DNA of 64,000 nt from a virus, in the IMG/VR virus record IMGVR_UViG_3300020051_000004. The stretch is one strand, 5' to 3'. The notes beneath the pieces were generated by a model. That model was not told the origin of the DNA. It ran no database searches and was given only the letters and a program-made list of their open reading frames with translations. This document shows positions 18,784-27,741 of this stretch, one piece after another (the stretch's first letter is position 1; every line of letters begins with the position of its first letter). A program made the translations under genes and the position numbers.

Positions 18784-21045
18784 TTACAGAGAGCAGGCCC
18801 CACTTGAGCATGATTCCTCTTGATTCGCTGCGCTTTGTTTGTCGCCATCGTTTGTATTCAGGTAGTAACCAGTTCTCCACCCCATTTTATAAGCATAAAG
18901 AAACTCTCGAATCACTTTGGAGTCAGGCAAAGCTCCACCTTCATAATGAGCATAATTGTAGTAGCGATTTGCGGAGATAGACATATCAACCCATTTTTGA
19001 AGCGCCGCAACAATGTTAATCATACCAATATTATCCTTCATGTCAAAGGCTAATGTGTATTTATTTTTCCACTGATGAATGTTTGGAACAATTACTGGCA
19101 ACTGTCGAGACTTGGACTCTTTATAAGTAACAAGAGAGCGAACAGGTTCAATTCCATTTGTAGAACTTTGAATCACTGAGCTACTTTCACACGGCATTAA
19201 TGCGGACACGGTTGAATTTCTCAATCCAAATTCCTTGATTTCGGCGCGAAGAGATTCCCAATCCATGGATGGCTTTCTTGTTACAACAGAATCAACATCT
19301 TTTTTGTAAGTGTCGATTGGAAGAATTCCAAGAGAGTATTTGGTTCTATCAAATTTTTCACACGGGCCTTTTTCTTTGGCCAGTTGGCAAGAAGCCTTTA
19401 ATAAAAAGTATTGAATCTTCTCCATCAATTCATCGGCCACATTCGGCGCTTCTGGGTCTTCATACTTTACCCCATTTTTAGCTAGATACGCTGCAAAGTT
19501 AGTGATACCAACAGCAAGAGAGCGGCGCTTTTTGGCGAAATTTTCTGCTGCTGGCGCAAAATAATCCTGATAATCAATTAGCTCGTCCAACATGCGAACT
19601 GTAATGTCACAAATATCTTCCATTTCTGCGTCAGAGTTAATTTCCAACACATTAATTGCAGACAGAACACAGATTCCAATTTCTCCATCTGGATCGTTAA
19701 TGTTTTTTAATGGTTTAACTGGTTGACACACTTCCAGGCAGAGGTTGTTCATACGAACAGTGTCTAGCCAAGCTCCTCGCTCATTGGTATGATCAATATT
19801 AGCAAAGTAAATTCTGCCAGTCTCAACGCTTTCTTTTGTGAAAAGGCTCATTAATTGAGCCGCTGGAATTACTTTCTTTCTTTTGAGTTTGGTTGATTTT
19901 TCATACTTTTCATACAAAGAGTCAAACTCTGGTGTTCCGAATTTTTCATACAAATCTCCAACTTCATGTGGGGAAAAAAGAGTAATATTTCCGCCGCTCA
20001 AAAATCTTTCATAGAAAACTTTAGAGAATTGAATCACATAATCCAACTTGCGAACTCGGTTATCGTCAGTTCCAGCATTATTCTTTAGCTGAAGAATATC
20101 TTCGATTTCGTAATGCCAAAACGGAAAATTAACTGTTGCGCCACCACCACGAATACCGTTTTGATGACAGGACTTTACAGTTGACTCAAATACCTTTAGA
20201 AAAGGAATAACACCAGTATGAATAACATCACCCTTACGAATTTCAGAGCCAATCGCTCGCATTTCTCCAGCATTTAATCCGATTCCAAAGCGTTGAGAAG
20301 TGGCGAAACCAACTGCCGTGTTGGCCGCAAAAATAGATTCAATGCTATCCCCAATATCAATTAAGCAACAAGACGAGTACTGGCGGAGCTTTGTTCTTAC
20401 TCCAGCCATTAGAGGAGTGGGCAAATTACTCTTGTGTTTTGAGTAGGCGTCATAAGCCTTTTTTACGCGAGCAATCCTTGTTTTAGAATCATAAGCGCTA
20501 AAAAGAGTCATCGCAACAAGCATATAAGCAAATTGCGGCGTTTCAAAAATTTCACCCGTTTTTCTGTTTTGAACCAAGTATTTATCGCAAAGCTGTTGAA
20601 TACCAGCATAAGTAAAAATATCGTCGCGTGAATGCTTGATATAGTCATCGAGTTTATTAATTTCACTCTCGGTATAAAGCTCTAGAACAGCATTCTCATA
20701 AACGCCAGCAGCAACGTTTTTCTTAATAAAATCAATTAATTTAGGTGGGTTTTTGCCGCCCCAAACCTCTTTTCTAAGTTGATAATTAACCAAGCGGCCA
20801 GCTACATATTGGTAATTTGGAGTCTTCTCGGAAATCATTCCAACAGCAGAGTCGATAACTGATTGATGAATCTCTTTTGTAGAAATTCCGTCAAATAGTT
20901 GAAGTTTTGCATTAGCGCAAACTGTATTTGCAGAAACGCTTGATACTCCCTCAGTAGCCCATTTTACTACTTGTTCAACCTTCTCCGCGCTAAAAATTTC
21001 TGTTTCGCCATTCCGTTTTTTTACTGTAAAGTTTCCGTGTTCCAT
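18784..21045 (-). CDS. nrdA: ribonucleotide reductase class Ia alpha subunit with ATP cone
   Basis: VKKRNG ATP cone; QYSSCCL; NNLCLEV; MPCESSS; C-terminal CSSGACSL. Confidence 0.97.
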   Translation of the reverse strand: MEHGNFTVKKRNGETEIFSAEKVEQVVKWATEGVSSVSANTVCANAKLQLFDGISTKEIHQSVIDSAVGMISEKTPNYQYVAGRLVNYQLRKEVWGGKNPPKLIDFIKKNVAAGVYENAVLELYTESEINKLDDYIKHSRDDIFTYAGIQQLCDKYLVQNRKTGEIFETPQFAYMLVAMTLFSAYDSKTRIARVKKAYDAYSKHKSNLPTPLMAGVRTKLRQYSSCCLIDIGDSIESIFAANTAVGFATSQRFGIGLNAGEMRAIGSEIRKGDVIHTGVIPFLKVFESTVKSCHQNGIRGGGATVNFPFWHYEIEDILQLKNNAGTDDNRVRKLDYVIQFSKVFYERFLSGGNITLFSPHEVGDLYEKFGTPEFDSLYEKYEKSTKLKRKKVIPAAQLMSLFTKESVETGRIYFANIDHTNERGAWLDTVRMNNLCLEVCQPVKPLKNINDPDGEIGICVLSAINVLEINSDAEMEDICDITVRMLDELIDYQDYFAPAAENFAKKRRSLAVGITNFAAYLAKNGVKYEDPEAPNVADELMEKIQYFLLKASCQLAKEKGPCEKFDRTKYSLGILPIDTYKKDVDSVVTRKPSMDWESLRAEIKEFGLRNSTVSALMPCESSSVIQSSTNGIEPVRSLVTYKESKSRQLPVIVPNIHQWKNKYTLAFDMKDNIGMINIVAALQKWVDMSISANRYYNYAHYEGGALPDSKVIREFLYAYKMGWRTGYYLNTNDGDKQSAANQEESCSSGACSL

Positions 21046-21239
21046 AGGTGCTATATACTTACATGCAAACCACCCCAAGTCTAGCAGTTTTTTGGGTTTT
21101 TCTTTCGGATTTCTTTGTTGAGAAAACGTCTCAGCAAAATCTTTCAAAATGGGCGAAAAAAGTTGAGATTTTTTAGCGTTGAAAATCAACAATTTATGCG
21201 GGCGATAAAAATTTTGTTGAAAGGTTTTGGGGAGAAAAA

Positions 21240-21540
21240 ACGTTAGATAAATGCTGTCTTTGAAATAGTACAGTGGTTCGCTTCGCTCACTAATTAACGA
21301 ACTCGCCGCTCCGCTCTGAGTTCTAAACTAAAGCGCAAGCGCAAAGGCTAACTGAGGAACGAAGTTTGCCTTCACTGGGGTCTGGGGTGTGAAACCCCCA
21401 GAATCGTAAGATTCCTGCGAAACGAAGAGTAGCAGTGAATCAATGTGAGCGAAGCGAACGAAGATTGTACGCACACGCGAGAAAAAGAAGACGCCCAAAC
21501 ATTTCGCCTACGGCGATTAGCCTAGCGGCTAAGTAATCAA
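21240..21540. other. palindrome-rich non-coding strand-switch region, candidate replication origin
   Basis: Perfect 15-bp inverted repeat 21276-21290 / 21445-21459, several internal hairpins, divergent gene orientation. Confidence 0.45.
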
Positions 21541-21615
21541 TAAATTATTTTGGCCGCGAAAAAAGTTTGTACATTCTCGATAGATTATGTACATCTATAC
21601 GTACTGTACGAGAAC

Positions 21616-21984
21616 ATGACAAAAACAATGAACCTGCCTGTTGATTACTCTACTTTTGTTTCGCGCCTCTTAAAAGATGGCAAGGATATTCTTGAATCTT
21701 TGACGCCTGAAAAATGCAACCAGTGGCATTTGGCTGTTGGCATCGCAGGAGAAGCTGGTGAACTCGCGGACGCTTTCAAGAAATATGTTGTTTATAACAA
21801 GCCTCTTGATCGAAAGAATGTGATTGAAGAGTTGGGCGACCTTGAATTTTTTATCGAAGCAACTCGTCAGTCTATTGGAGTTTCAAGAGAAGATGTTCTT
21901 TTGGCTAACGAAGAAAAGTTGATGACGCGATATAAAGATGGATATTCTGATTTCGCCGCTCAAAACCGCGCAGACAAACAGTAA
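21616..21984 (+). CDS. MazG-like nucleotide pyrophosphohydrolase
   Basis: GIAGEAGELADAFKK...EELGDLEFF...NEEKLMTRY. Confidence 0.9.
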   Translation: MTKTMNLPVDYSTFVSRLLKDGKDILESLTPEKCNQWHLAVGIAGEAGELADAFKKYVVYNKPLDRKNVIEELGDLEFFIEATRQSIGVSREDVLLANEEKLMTRYKDGYSDFAAQNRADKQ

Positions 21985-21986
21985 CT

Positions 21987-22172
21987 ATGGACTTCTCAAC
22001 CATCCTGAATAAATCAAAAAACTACGCATTTGCTTTTCTAAACGAGCAAAATGTAGAATGGCGCGTCTCAGAAATTGATGGCCGCAAACAAGTTGTCACT
22101 AGAGACTATAACCCTGAACGGCTGAATCTTGTAGTGAGAAATGATAGAGTAGTAGATTTCACTCTTGGTTGA
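21987..22172 (+). CDS. I78/potato-inhibitor-like small protein
   Basis: VVTRDYNPERLNLVVRNDRVV.G motif. Confidence 0.65.
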   Translation: MDFSTILNKSKNYAFAFLNEQNVEWRVSEIDGRKQVVTRDYNPERLNLVVRNDRVVDFTLG

Positions 22173-22173
22173 T

Positions 22174-22443
22174 ATGGAGACGAACGAACAACACAACCAA
22201 TCAGAGCTAGATTATTTATTGGGCCGCGCAAATTTTTGTTTGAGCAGCCTTGAAACAATTTTGCATACTCTCAATAAGAATTTCCCAGTTGATGGATGTA
22301 AGTGGGCCGTCTGGGAGAATCAGGTTGATTGTGTTCGTTTTGAAGATTTGGAGTGGGACGAATTTGAGGAGCCTAATGAGCCAAAATGTTCCAAGGGACC
22401 ATTCTTTGATGAACAGGATCAGGAGTTTTATTTGCGCCAATAA
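22174..22443 (+). CDS. hypothetical protein
   Basis: ORF. Confidence 0.55.
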   Translation: METNEQHNQSELDYLLGRANFCLSSLETILHTLNKNFPVDGCKWAVWENQVDCVRFEDLEWDEFEEPNEPKCSKGPFFDEQDQEFYLRQ

Positions 22444-22447
22444 ACCT

Positions 22448-22627
22448 ATGAACAAAACAACAATCAACGACGCCATAAAAATCCTCCAAGATTTAAAAGA
22501 AGAGGTTGGCGGAAATGCTGTTTTTATTGTATTTGGCATACATGGAGACAGAGAATATCCCAAAGGATGGAATTCTCTCATCAGAATTAAGGACAATGAA
22601 GAATTTGAGGAGTTTTATTTAACATGA
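22448..22627 (+). CDS. hypothetical protein
   Basis: ORF from MNKTT. Confidence 0.55.
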   Translation: MNKTTINDAIKILQDLKEEVGGNAVFIVFGIHGDREYPKGWNSLIRIKDNEEFEEFYLT

Positions 22628-23175
22628 TTAAAAACATTTTACTCGATATGGACTCCGTGATAGCGGATTTCCTTCCGTCAGCACTTCGCGTATTAAATAG
22701 AAAGTATCGCAAAGACAATCCTGCGACAATAAAAGAATATCAGGAATACGGTCAGTTTAGTATAGCTGATTTTTATGGCATTTCCAAAGAGCAATTCTGG
22801 GCGGCGATTGATTCAGATCAGTATTTTTGGATTAATATACAACCATTTCCTTGGGCCGCTCAGTTAGTTGGGTTTTTAAATGAATTTGCCCCTGTTACTA
22901 TTGCCAGTTCTCCGCATACTTCAAGAATTTGTATTGCTGATAAAGTTGAATGGCTTCAAAAGCATTTAAACATTAAGAGCGAAGGGTGTATGTTTGGCGC
23001 AAGAAAGTATTTAATGGCCAATCCAGAGACTTTATTGATTGACGACCTTCAAAGTAATGTGGATGATTTTATAACTTACGGAGGAAAAGCCATTTGCGTT
23101 CCATCGAACTGGAATACTGAAAACCTTTCATTTGAAATGATCGTAGCAAAAATTGTAAAAGGAGGACTTGTTTAA
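22624..23175 (+). CDS. HAD 5'(3')-deoxyribonucleotidase
   Basis: ILLDMDSVIADF; IASSP; KVEWL; LLIDD. Confidence 0.85.
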   Translation: MIKNILLDMDSVIADFLPSALRVLNRKYRKDNPATIKEYQEYGQFSIADFYGISKEQFWAAIDSDQYFWINIQPFPWAAQLVGFLNEFAPVTIASSPHTSRICIADKVEWLQKHLNIKSEGCMFGARKYLMANPETLLIDDLQSNVDDFITYGGKAICVPSNWNTENLSFEMIVAKIVKGGLV

Positions 23176-23747
23176 TGACTATCTACGCAGTGGCAGGAAA
23201 GAAGAGAGTGGGCAAATCAACGCTGACACAAGGCTTCATCAACCATTTTGAAAAACTTGGATTGCGGGCAAAAAATTATGCTTTTGCAGATGAGCTGAAG
23301 AAGGAACTTGATCCTCTTTTCTTGTTGAATGCGGGAGTATCAGCGTTCACAGAAGACCCAGTGGAGAAAGAGTTGTGCAGGGGTGTAATGATTGCATACG
23401 GCACAGGTTATTGGAGACAAAAAGACCCCGACCATTGGATAAAAAAACTTGCGGCCCAATTAAAAAAGGACGAAGGAGAAGTTGATGTTGCAATAATTTC
23501 TGACGCCCGTTTTGCCCAAAATGAAATTCCATGGGTTAAAAGTCTTGGCGGCAAAATCATTTATTTGATTCGCACTGACGACGAAGGTAAAGAATTTCCG
23601 CCCGCTGGAATTGATGAAGAAATCAATGATCCAGAATTAAGAAAGGCCGCTGATTTTATTTTTTCTTGGGGAAATTACGAGAATAATCTAGAAAAATGCT
23701 ATTATACTGCAAGCAACTGGCTTAGCGAAATTTTAGCACATGGATGA
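23175..23747 (+). CDS. deoxynucleoside monophosphate kinase-like
   Basis: AGKKRVGKST; AFADELK; IISDARF. Confidence 0.8.
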   Translation: MTIYAVAGKKRVGKSTLTQGFINHFEKLGLRAKNYAFADELKKELDPLFLLNAGVSAFTEDPVEKELCRGVMIAYGTGYWRQKDPDHWIKKLAAQLKKDEGEVDVAIISDARFAQNEIPWVKSLGGKIIYLIRTDDEGKEFPPAGIDEEINDPELRKAADFIFSWGNYENNLEKCYYTASNWLSEILAHG

Positions 23748-24309
23748 TTATTCTTTAGTAATGAAAGTAAAAGAAACTGGCGATAGTTCAGCCATGGCTC
23801 AAATAATTGCTCAGCATTCTGGTGTATTTACAACCGTGCTCGAAAAGTCTTTGCCAGCAGACACTTTCTCAACTCAGAGACAAGACTTTTTGGCCGAAAA
23901 GTCGTTTCATTTGTATGACGCTGTAATGAAATATCGCCCTGATAGTAAAATGAAGCTTTCAACCTTTATTGGCCAAACTATCAAGTGGAAATGCTTATCC
24001 TTAAAAGATCGCGGCCAAGATAAAGACACCGTTTTTCTTGAATCTTTAGATAATCCGCCGCCTGAAAAAGAAGAAGAATGCAGCGACAAAAAGTTCAAAA
24101 TCGAACAAATCTTTCAATTCGCTGAAAATTATCCAAACGAAACCGCAAGAAAAATCGTAACACTGCGTTATGATAGCAAGAACCACCTTCCATGGAAGGA
24201 AGTCTCAAAAAAATTAGGAATTTCAGTTGCACAAGCTACTCGTTTGAACTATGAGTTCTTAAATGCTGCGAAAGCTCACTTCTCAAACGCCGAAGGGCTT
24301 CAGGGTTAA
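23740..24309 (+). CDS. phage sigma70-family RNA polymerase sigma factor
   Basis: region 2 LYDAVMKYRPDSKMKLSTFI; region 4 IVTLRY...WKEVSKKLGIS. Confidence 0.75.
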   Translation: MDDYSLVMKVKETGDSSAMAQIIAQHSGVFTTVLEKSLPADTFSTQRQDFLAEKSFHLYDAVMKYRPDSKMKLSTFIGQTIKWKCLSLKDRGQDKDTVFLESLDNPPPEKEEECSDKKFKIEQIFQFAENYPNETARKIVTLRYDSKNHLPWKEVSKKLGISVAQATRLNYEFLNAAKAHFSNAEGLQG

Positions 24310-24320
24310 TTTTATAAGAT

Positions 24321-24632
24321 ATGAAAATCATCAGCCACCAATGTTTAATCGTTTTACAAAACGATGACGACTTTAAACTTTCCACCGAAAACTTTAAGCC
24401 AGCCAAAATTAACTTTTCCGCCACAAAAGAGTATGTTGTAGATAACCACAAGGTGGACTCTATACCCTTGCATTATTACGAAATTGAAGAATCGCCCGTT
24501 GAATTTTTAAATAAGCAACTTATCTATTTTGCTGGTCCGCTTTTTCGCTCTATAAAAAGAGAGGATTTACTCCCAGCTTTCCTTGAAGAAAGAAATAACT
24601 TCTTGTCTAAAGCGAAAAACCTGCTAGAATAA
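24321..24632 (+). CDS. hypothetical protein
   Basis: ORF. Confidence 0.6.
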   Translation: MKIISHQCLIVLQNDDDFKLSTENFKPAKINFSATKEYVVDNHKVDSIPLHYYEIEESPVEFLNKQLIYFAGPLFRSIKREDLLPAFLEERNNFLSKAKNLLE

Positions 24633-24637
24633 AATTT

Positions 24638-24895
24638 ATGAGAAACATTGATGATGAAATAAAAATGTGGGAAGAAATTTTCCGCAAAGAAAAAGAAATT
24701 TACGACAGACTCTCTCCGTCATTAAAAACCAACGTCGAGTTGGAAACTTGGCACGAAGCTATAAGTCATCTTCACACTGCTCAATCAAATATTGATAAAT
24801 TGCACAAACAGAAGAGGTCTGACTATCTTGACGCTCTTAATGACATTTTTAAGAAAAATATGGCAGAATCAAACCAACCAACAAATCACCCCTAA
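24638..24895 (+). CDS. hypothetical protein
   Basis: ORF with TGc-TAGAAT extended -10 seven nt upstream. Confidence 0.6.
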   Translation: MRNIDDEIKMWEEIFRKEKEIYDRLSPSLKTNVELETWHEAISHLHTAQSNIDKLHKQKRSDYLDALNDIFKKNMAESNQPTNHP

Positions 24896-24901
24896 AAACA
24901 C

Positions 24902-25279
24902 ATGCTAACCATCCAATCCGTAGGTAATCTCGTTAACGATCCAAAACTCGTTACTCTCAAAGACGATTTCAAAATTGTCGAATCTCGAATCGCCGTCACA
25001 AAGTCCAAAGATCGCTCTGCCTTTATTGACGTAAAGTTTAAGAATAATAAAGCGGGCGAAATCTTTCTTCAATACGCAAAACAAGGCTCTGGAGTCTCCG
25101 TGTGGGGAGAGCTTGACGAAGAAACTTGGGGAGAGGGAGAAAACAAGCGTAGTAAATGGGTAATCGTTGCTGATGGTTTCCGATTTACAGGAGGTCAGAA
25201 GTCAGATGACAAACCTGCGGCCAAAACCCAAGTGCCAAAGAAATCTGTTCAAGACAGTACCGAGGACATTCCTTTTTAA
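24902..25279 (+). CDS. ssb: single-stranded DNA-binding protein
   Basis: VGNLVNDP...GELDEETW...C-terminal EDIPF. Confidence 0.9.
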   Translation: MLTIQSVGNLVNDPKLVTLKDDFKIVESRIAVTKSKDRSAFIDVKFKNNKAGEIFLQYAKQGSGVSVWGELDEETWGEGENKRSKWVIVADGFRFTGGQKSDDKPAAKTQVPKKSVQDSTEDIPF

Positions 25280-25292
25280 TGAAAAATCTAAT

Positions 25293-25368
25293 TGCGGGAT
25301 AGAGAAATTGGTTATCTCATCAGTCTCATAAGCTGAAGTTTTCCGTTCAAGTCGGAATCCCGCAACCA
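25293..25368 (+). tRNA. tRNA-Met(CAT), initiator-like
   Basis: Cloverleaf TGCGGGA/TCCCGCA, D arm GAGA/TCTC, anticodon loop CT-CAT-AA, T arm TTCCG-TTCAAGT-CGGAA, ACCA end. Confidence 0.9.
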
Positions 25369-25394
25369 CTTCACAATCAACCAACTAAAAACAC

Positions 25395-25685
25395 ATGCCC
25401 GAAGAAAAACTAACAAAGAAAGAAAAGTCAGTTGAAGCAGCCTTTGCTGAAATTCAGCCAGCTTCAACCAAGACCGTTCCAGCGGTAATCGAAGAAACAA
25501 TCCTTGAACCAAGGACAATCGAAATCGCCCCCGATTCTCCATGGAAGAAGATTCACTCAGATAGCGCCATTACAACTTTCACTATGGAAGTAAAAGGAGC
25601 AGGAACAATCTTGCGAACACAAACATATGGCTCGGAATCAATGGTATTCCTACCTAACGTTTTGGCGTCGCAGCTTCCTAAGTAA
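25395..25685 (+). CDS. hypothetical protein
   Basis: ORF with AAAACAC-ATG leader. Confidence 0.7.
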   Translation: MPEEKLTKKEKSVEAAFAEIQPASTKTVPAVIEETILEPRTIEIAPDSPWKKIHSDSAITTFTMEVKGAGTILRTQTYGSESMVFLPNVLASQLPK

Positions 25686-25689
25686 AAGA

Positions 25690-26021
25690 TTAGGCATTGC
25701 GCCGAGGTTGGTTTGCCTTGGTTAATTCATCGGCCTGTGGGTAAGCGCATAAAACCCCACACTTCTGATTTTCCTATTAAGGAAGTTGGCTTAGAAGCAG
25801 CCATCTTTTAAAGAGTAATGATCTAAACTGGTCGGAGTGTTCCTGTTACCTAGTACAACATAGAATAACGGCAAATAGCTCTTCTGTTTCTCATGTACGA
25901 GTTCAGGTTTTGGCGTAACAGCACACTTTTTGGGATCATTTTTTAAAAAAAATAGGCGGCGCTTGATTATGGCACCTTGAATGAGGTTCTTTAAAATAAC
26001 AGCGAGTTAACCCGCCAACCA
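25690..26021 (+). ncRNA. structured ncRNA region containing a 23S rRNA H43-H44 (L11-binding) mimic
   Basis: AGGAAGTTGGCTTAGAAGCAGCCATCTTTTAAAGAGT...GCGTAACAGCACACT, with a pseudoknot upstream and an ACCA-ended hairpin downstream. Confidence 0.75.
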
Positions 26022-26030
26022 CTTTCTACC

Positions 26031-27119
26031 ATGCAGTATATTCTCGAAACTCCAATCAACAGCCTCTCCTTGGGGCAAATTGGCTTCAACCTCCTCAAAG
26101 CTTCTTTTGAAGCGGGCCATGATGTTGCCTTATTCCCTATTTCAGGAGACAGCAACAAACCTCTAGAGGCTGACTTTTCTGCTTATGAAGTAGAAGAAAG
26201 TTTCGGGAATTACATTCGAGAAGCAGTCTCAAAAAGATACTCGTTCTTGGAAAAAGACGCTCCCGCAATTAGAAACTGGCACTTGAACGGCAGCGATTTG
26301 TTGAGAACAAACAACCAAGTGTTGTTAACTTTCCATGAGACGAATTATGCTACACCAGTAGAAGTCTCTATCGCTAACCTCCAAAAGAAAACTCTTTTTT
26401 GCGGCAATTTTTCCGAGAAAGTTTTTAAAAATTTTGGGGCCGAAAATGTTGGGTCGTTCAATGTAGGATTTGATTCTTCGTTTAAGCATGAAGGAAAAAC
26501 AATTCGCGCCTCTGATGTTTCTTTTTTACTTGGCGGCAAATTTGAATCGCGCAAGTTCACCAAGAGACTTTTAAATCTTTGGGCAAAAAAATTTGGCAAC
26601 AATAAGAAATATTCTTTGAATTGCCTGATCTTTAATCCATTTTTCTCTCCTGATGATAATTCTAAGCTCATCAATGATGCTCTAGAGGGAAAGAGATATT
26701 GGAACATTAATTTTTTGCCGCGTTTAAGAACAAATAAAGAAGTTGCGGCGCTTTTGGCTGCTTGTGATGTTGATTTGAGCGCGTTTGGCGGAGAGAGTTG
26801 GGGTATGGACGCATTTAACATGACATGCCTAGGTAAATGGGCCGTTTCTAACGTTTCTTGGGGCCAAGCAGCATGGGCAGATGAAGCTAATTCAGTAACA
26901 GTGTCCACTGATAAACTGCGGCCCGCTCCAGATGGGGCGTTTTTCCATCCAAACGGAGATTTTAATCAAGGTTATTTCCCAGAACTTTCGGATGAACAAA
27001 TCATTGACGCTCTTGAGAGAGTTGAAGCTAAGGCTGGAACTGTTAATGAGAATGGGTTGCAATTAGCAGAACGGATGACTTATTCAAAAACGTTGGAGCA
27101 AATTTTGTCTAATTTCTAA
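26031..27119 (+). CDS. GT4-like glycosyltransferase
   Basis: GGKFESRK...GESWGMDAFNMTCLGK. Confidence 0.75.
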   Translation: MQYILETPINSLSLGQIGFNLLKASFEAGHDVALFPISGDSNKPLEADFSAYEVEESFGNYIREAVSKRYSFLEKDAPAIRNWHLNGSDLLRTNNQVLLTFHETNYATPVEVSIANLQKKTLFCGNFSEKVFKNFGAENVGSFNVGFDSSFKHEGKTIRASDVSFLLGGKFESRKFTKRLLNLWAKKFGNNKKYSLNCLIFNPFFSPDDNSKLINDALEGKRYWNINFLPRLRTNKEVAALLAACDVDLSAFGGESWGMDAFNMTCLGKWAVSNVSWGQAAWADEANSVTVSTDKLRPAPDGAFFHPNGDFNQGYFPELSDEQIIDALERVEAKAGTVNENGLQLAERMTYSKTLEQILSNF

Positions 27120-27124
27120 AAGAC

Positions 27125-27343
27125 ATGTTAAACTGGCAAAAAGATTACGACGATTCGTGGAATACTTCTTGGCGGGCCGAAAGCAAGCGGCTCGCCTTTT
27201 GGCGTTTAAGTCAAAAACTAGAGAGCGACCAAATCTGGTGGTATGAATCTCACGACCCCGAATTAGCCGATGATTGTCCATGTGAATGGGACAACCTCGC
27301 TGACGCAAAAGAATACATCCAAGAACAAGAAGACTCCCTCTAA
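27125..27343 (+). CDS. hypothetical protein
   Basis: ORF. Confidence 0.55.
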   Translation: MLNWQKDYDDSWNTSWRAESKRLAFWRLSQKLESDQIWWYESHDPELADDCPCEWDNLADAKEYIQEQEDSL

Positions 27344-27741
27344 TGGCATTATACGATTTTGAACATATCCGAACTGGCGAGATACAAACCGTCTTTTTCC
27401 GCATGAATGACGAGAAAATTTATTGCGGCCCAAATAATGATCAAAAAGGAGAATGGCGCAGAATTTTCACTGTTCCAAATGCTGCTATTGATTGTAAAAT
27501 TGATCCATATTCTAAAACCGAGTTTGTTGAGAAGACGCGCAATAAAAAAGGCAGCGTTGGAGACTTGATGGATGAAAGTGCCCGACTCTCAAAAATCCGC
27601 GCCGAAAAAAATGGCCAAGACCCTATTAAAGAAGGCTTCCTAAAGAAGTATAAAAAGGACACTGGTAAAGACTACAAATCCTTGGATAAGAATAAAACCA
27701 TTGAAGGTAAGGGTTTCAAGGTTGATTTTGGGGCAAGTTAA
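27343..27741 (+). CDS. FmdB-like N-terminus hypothetical protein
   Basis: MALYDFEH...WRRIFTVP resembles MPxYxY..RxxS of the FmdB family, but without the Cys residues. Confidence 0.55.
   Translation: MALYDFEHIRTGEIQTVFFRMNDEKIYCGPNNDQKGEWRRIFTVPNAAIDCKIDPYSKTEFVEKTRNKKGSVGDLMDESARLSKIRAEKNGQDPIKEGFLKKYKKDTGKDYKSLDKNKTIEGKGFKVDFGAS

Noticed and set aside
25780-25927. Calling the 23S match an rRNA gene or host contamination
   Set aside because: Only about 52 nt match, interrupted by an insert and flanked by phage genes; no other rRNA helices are recognisable.
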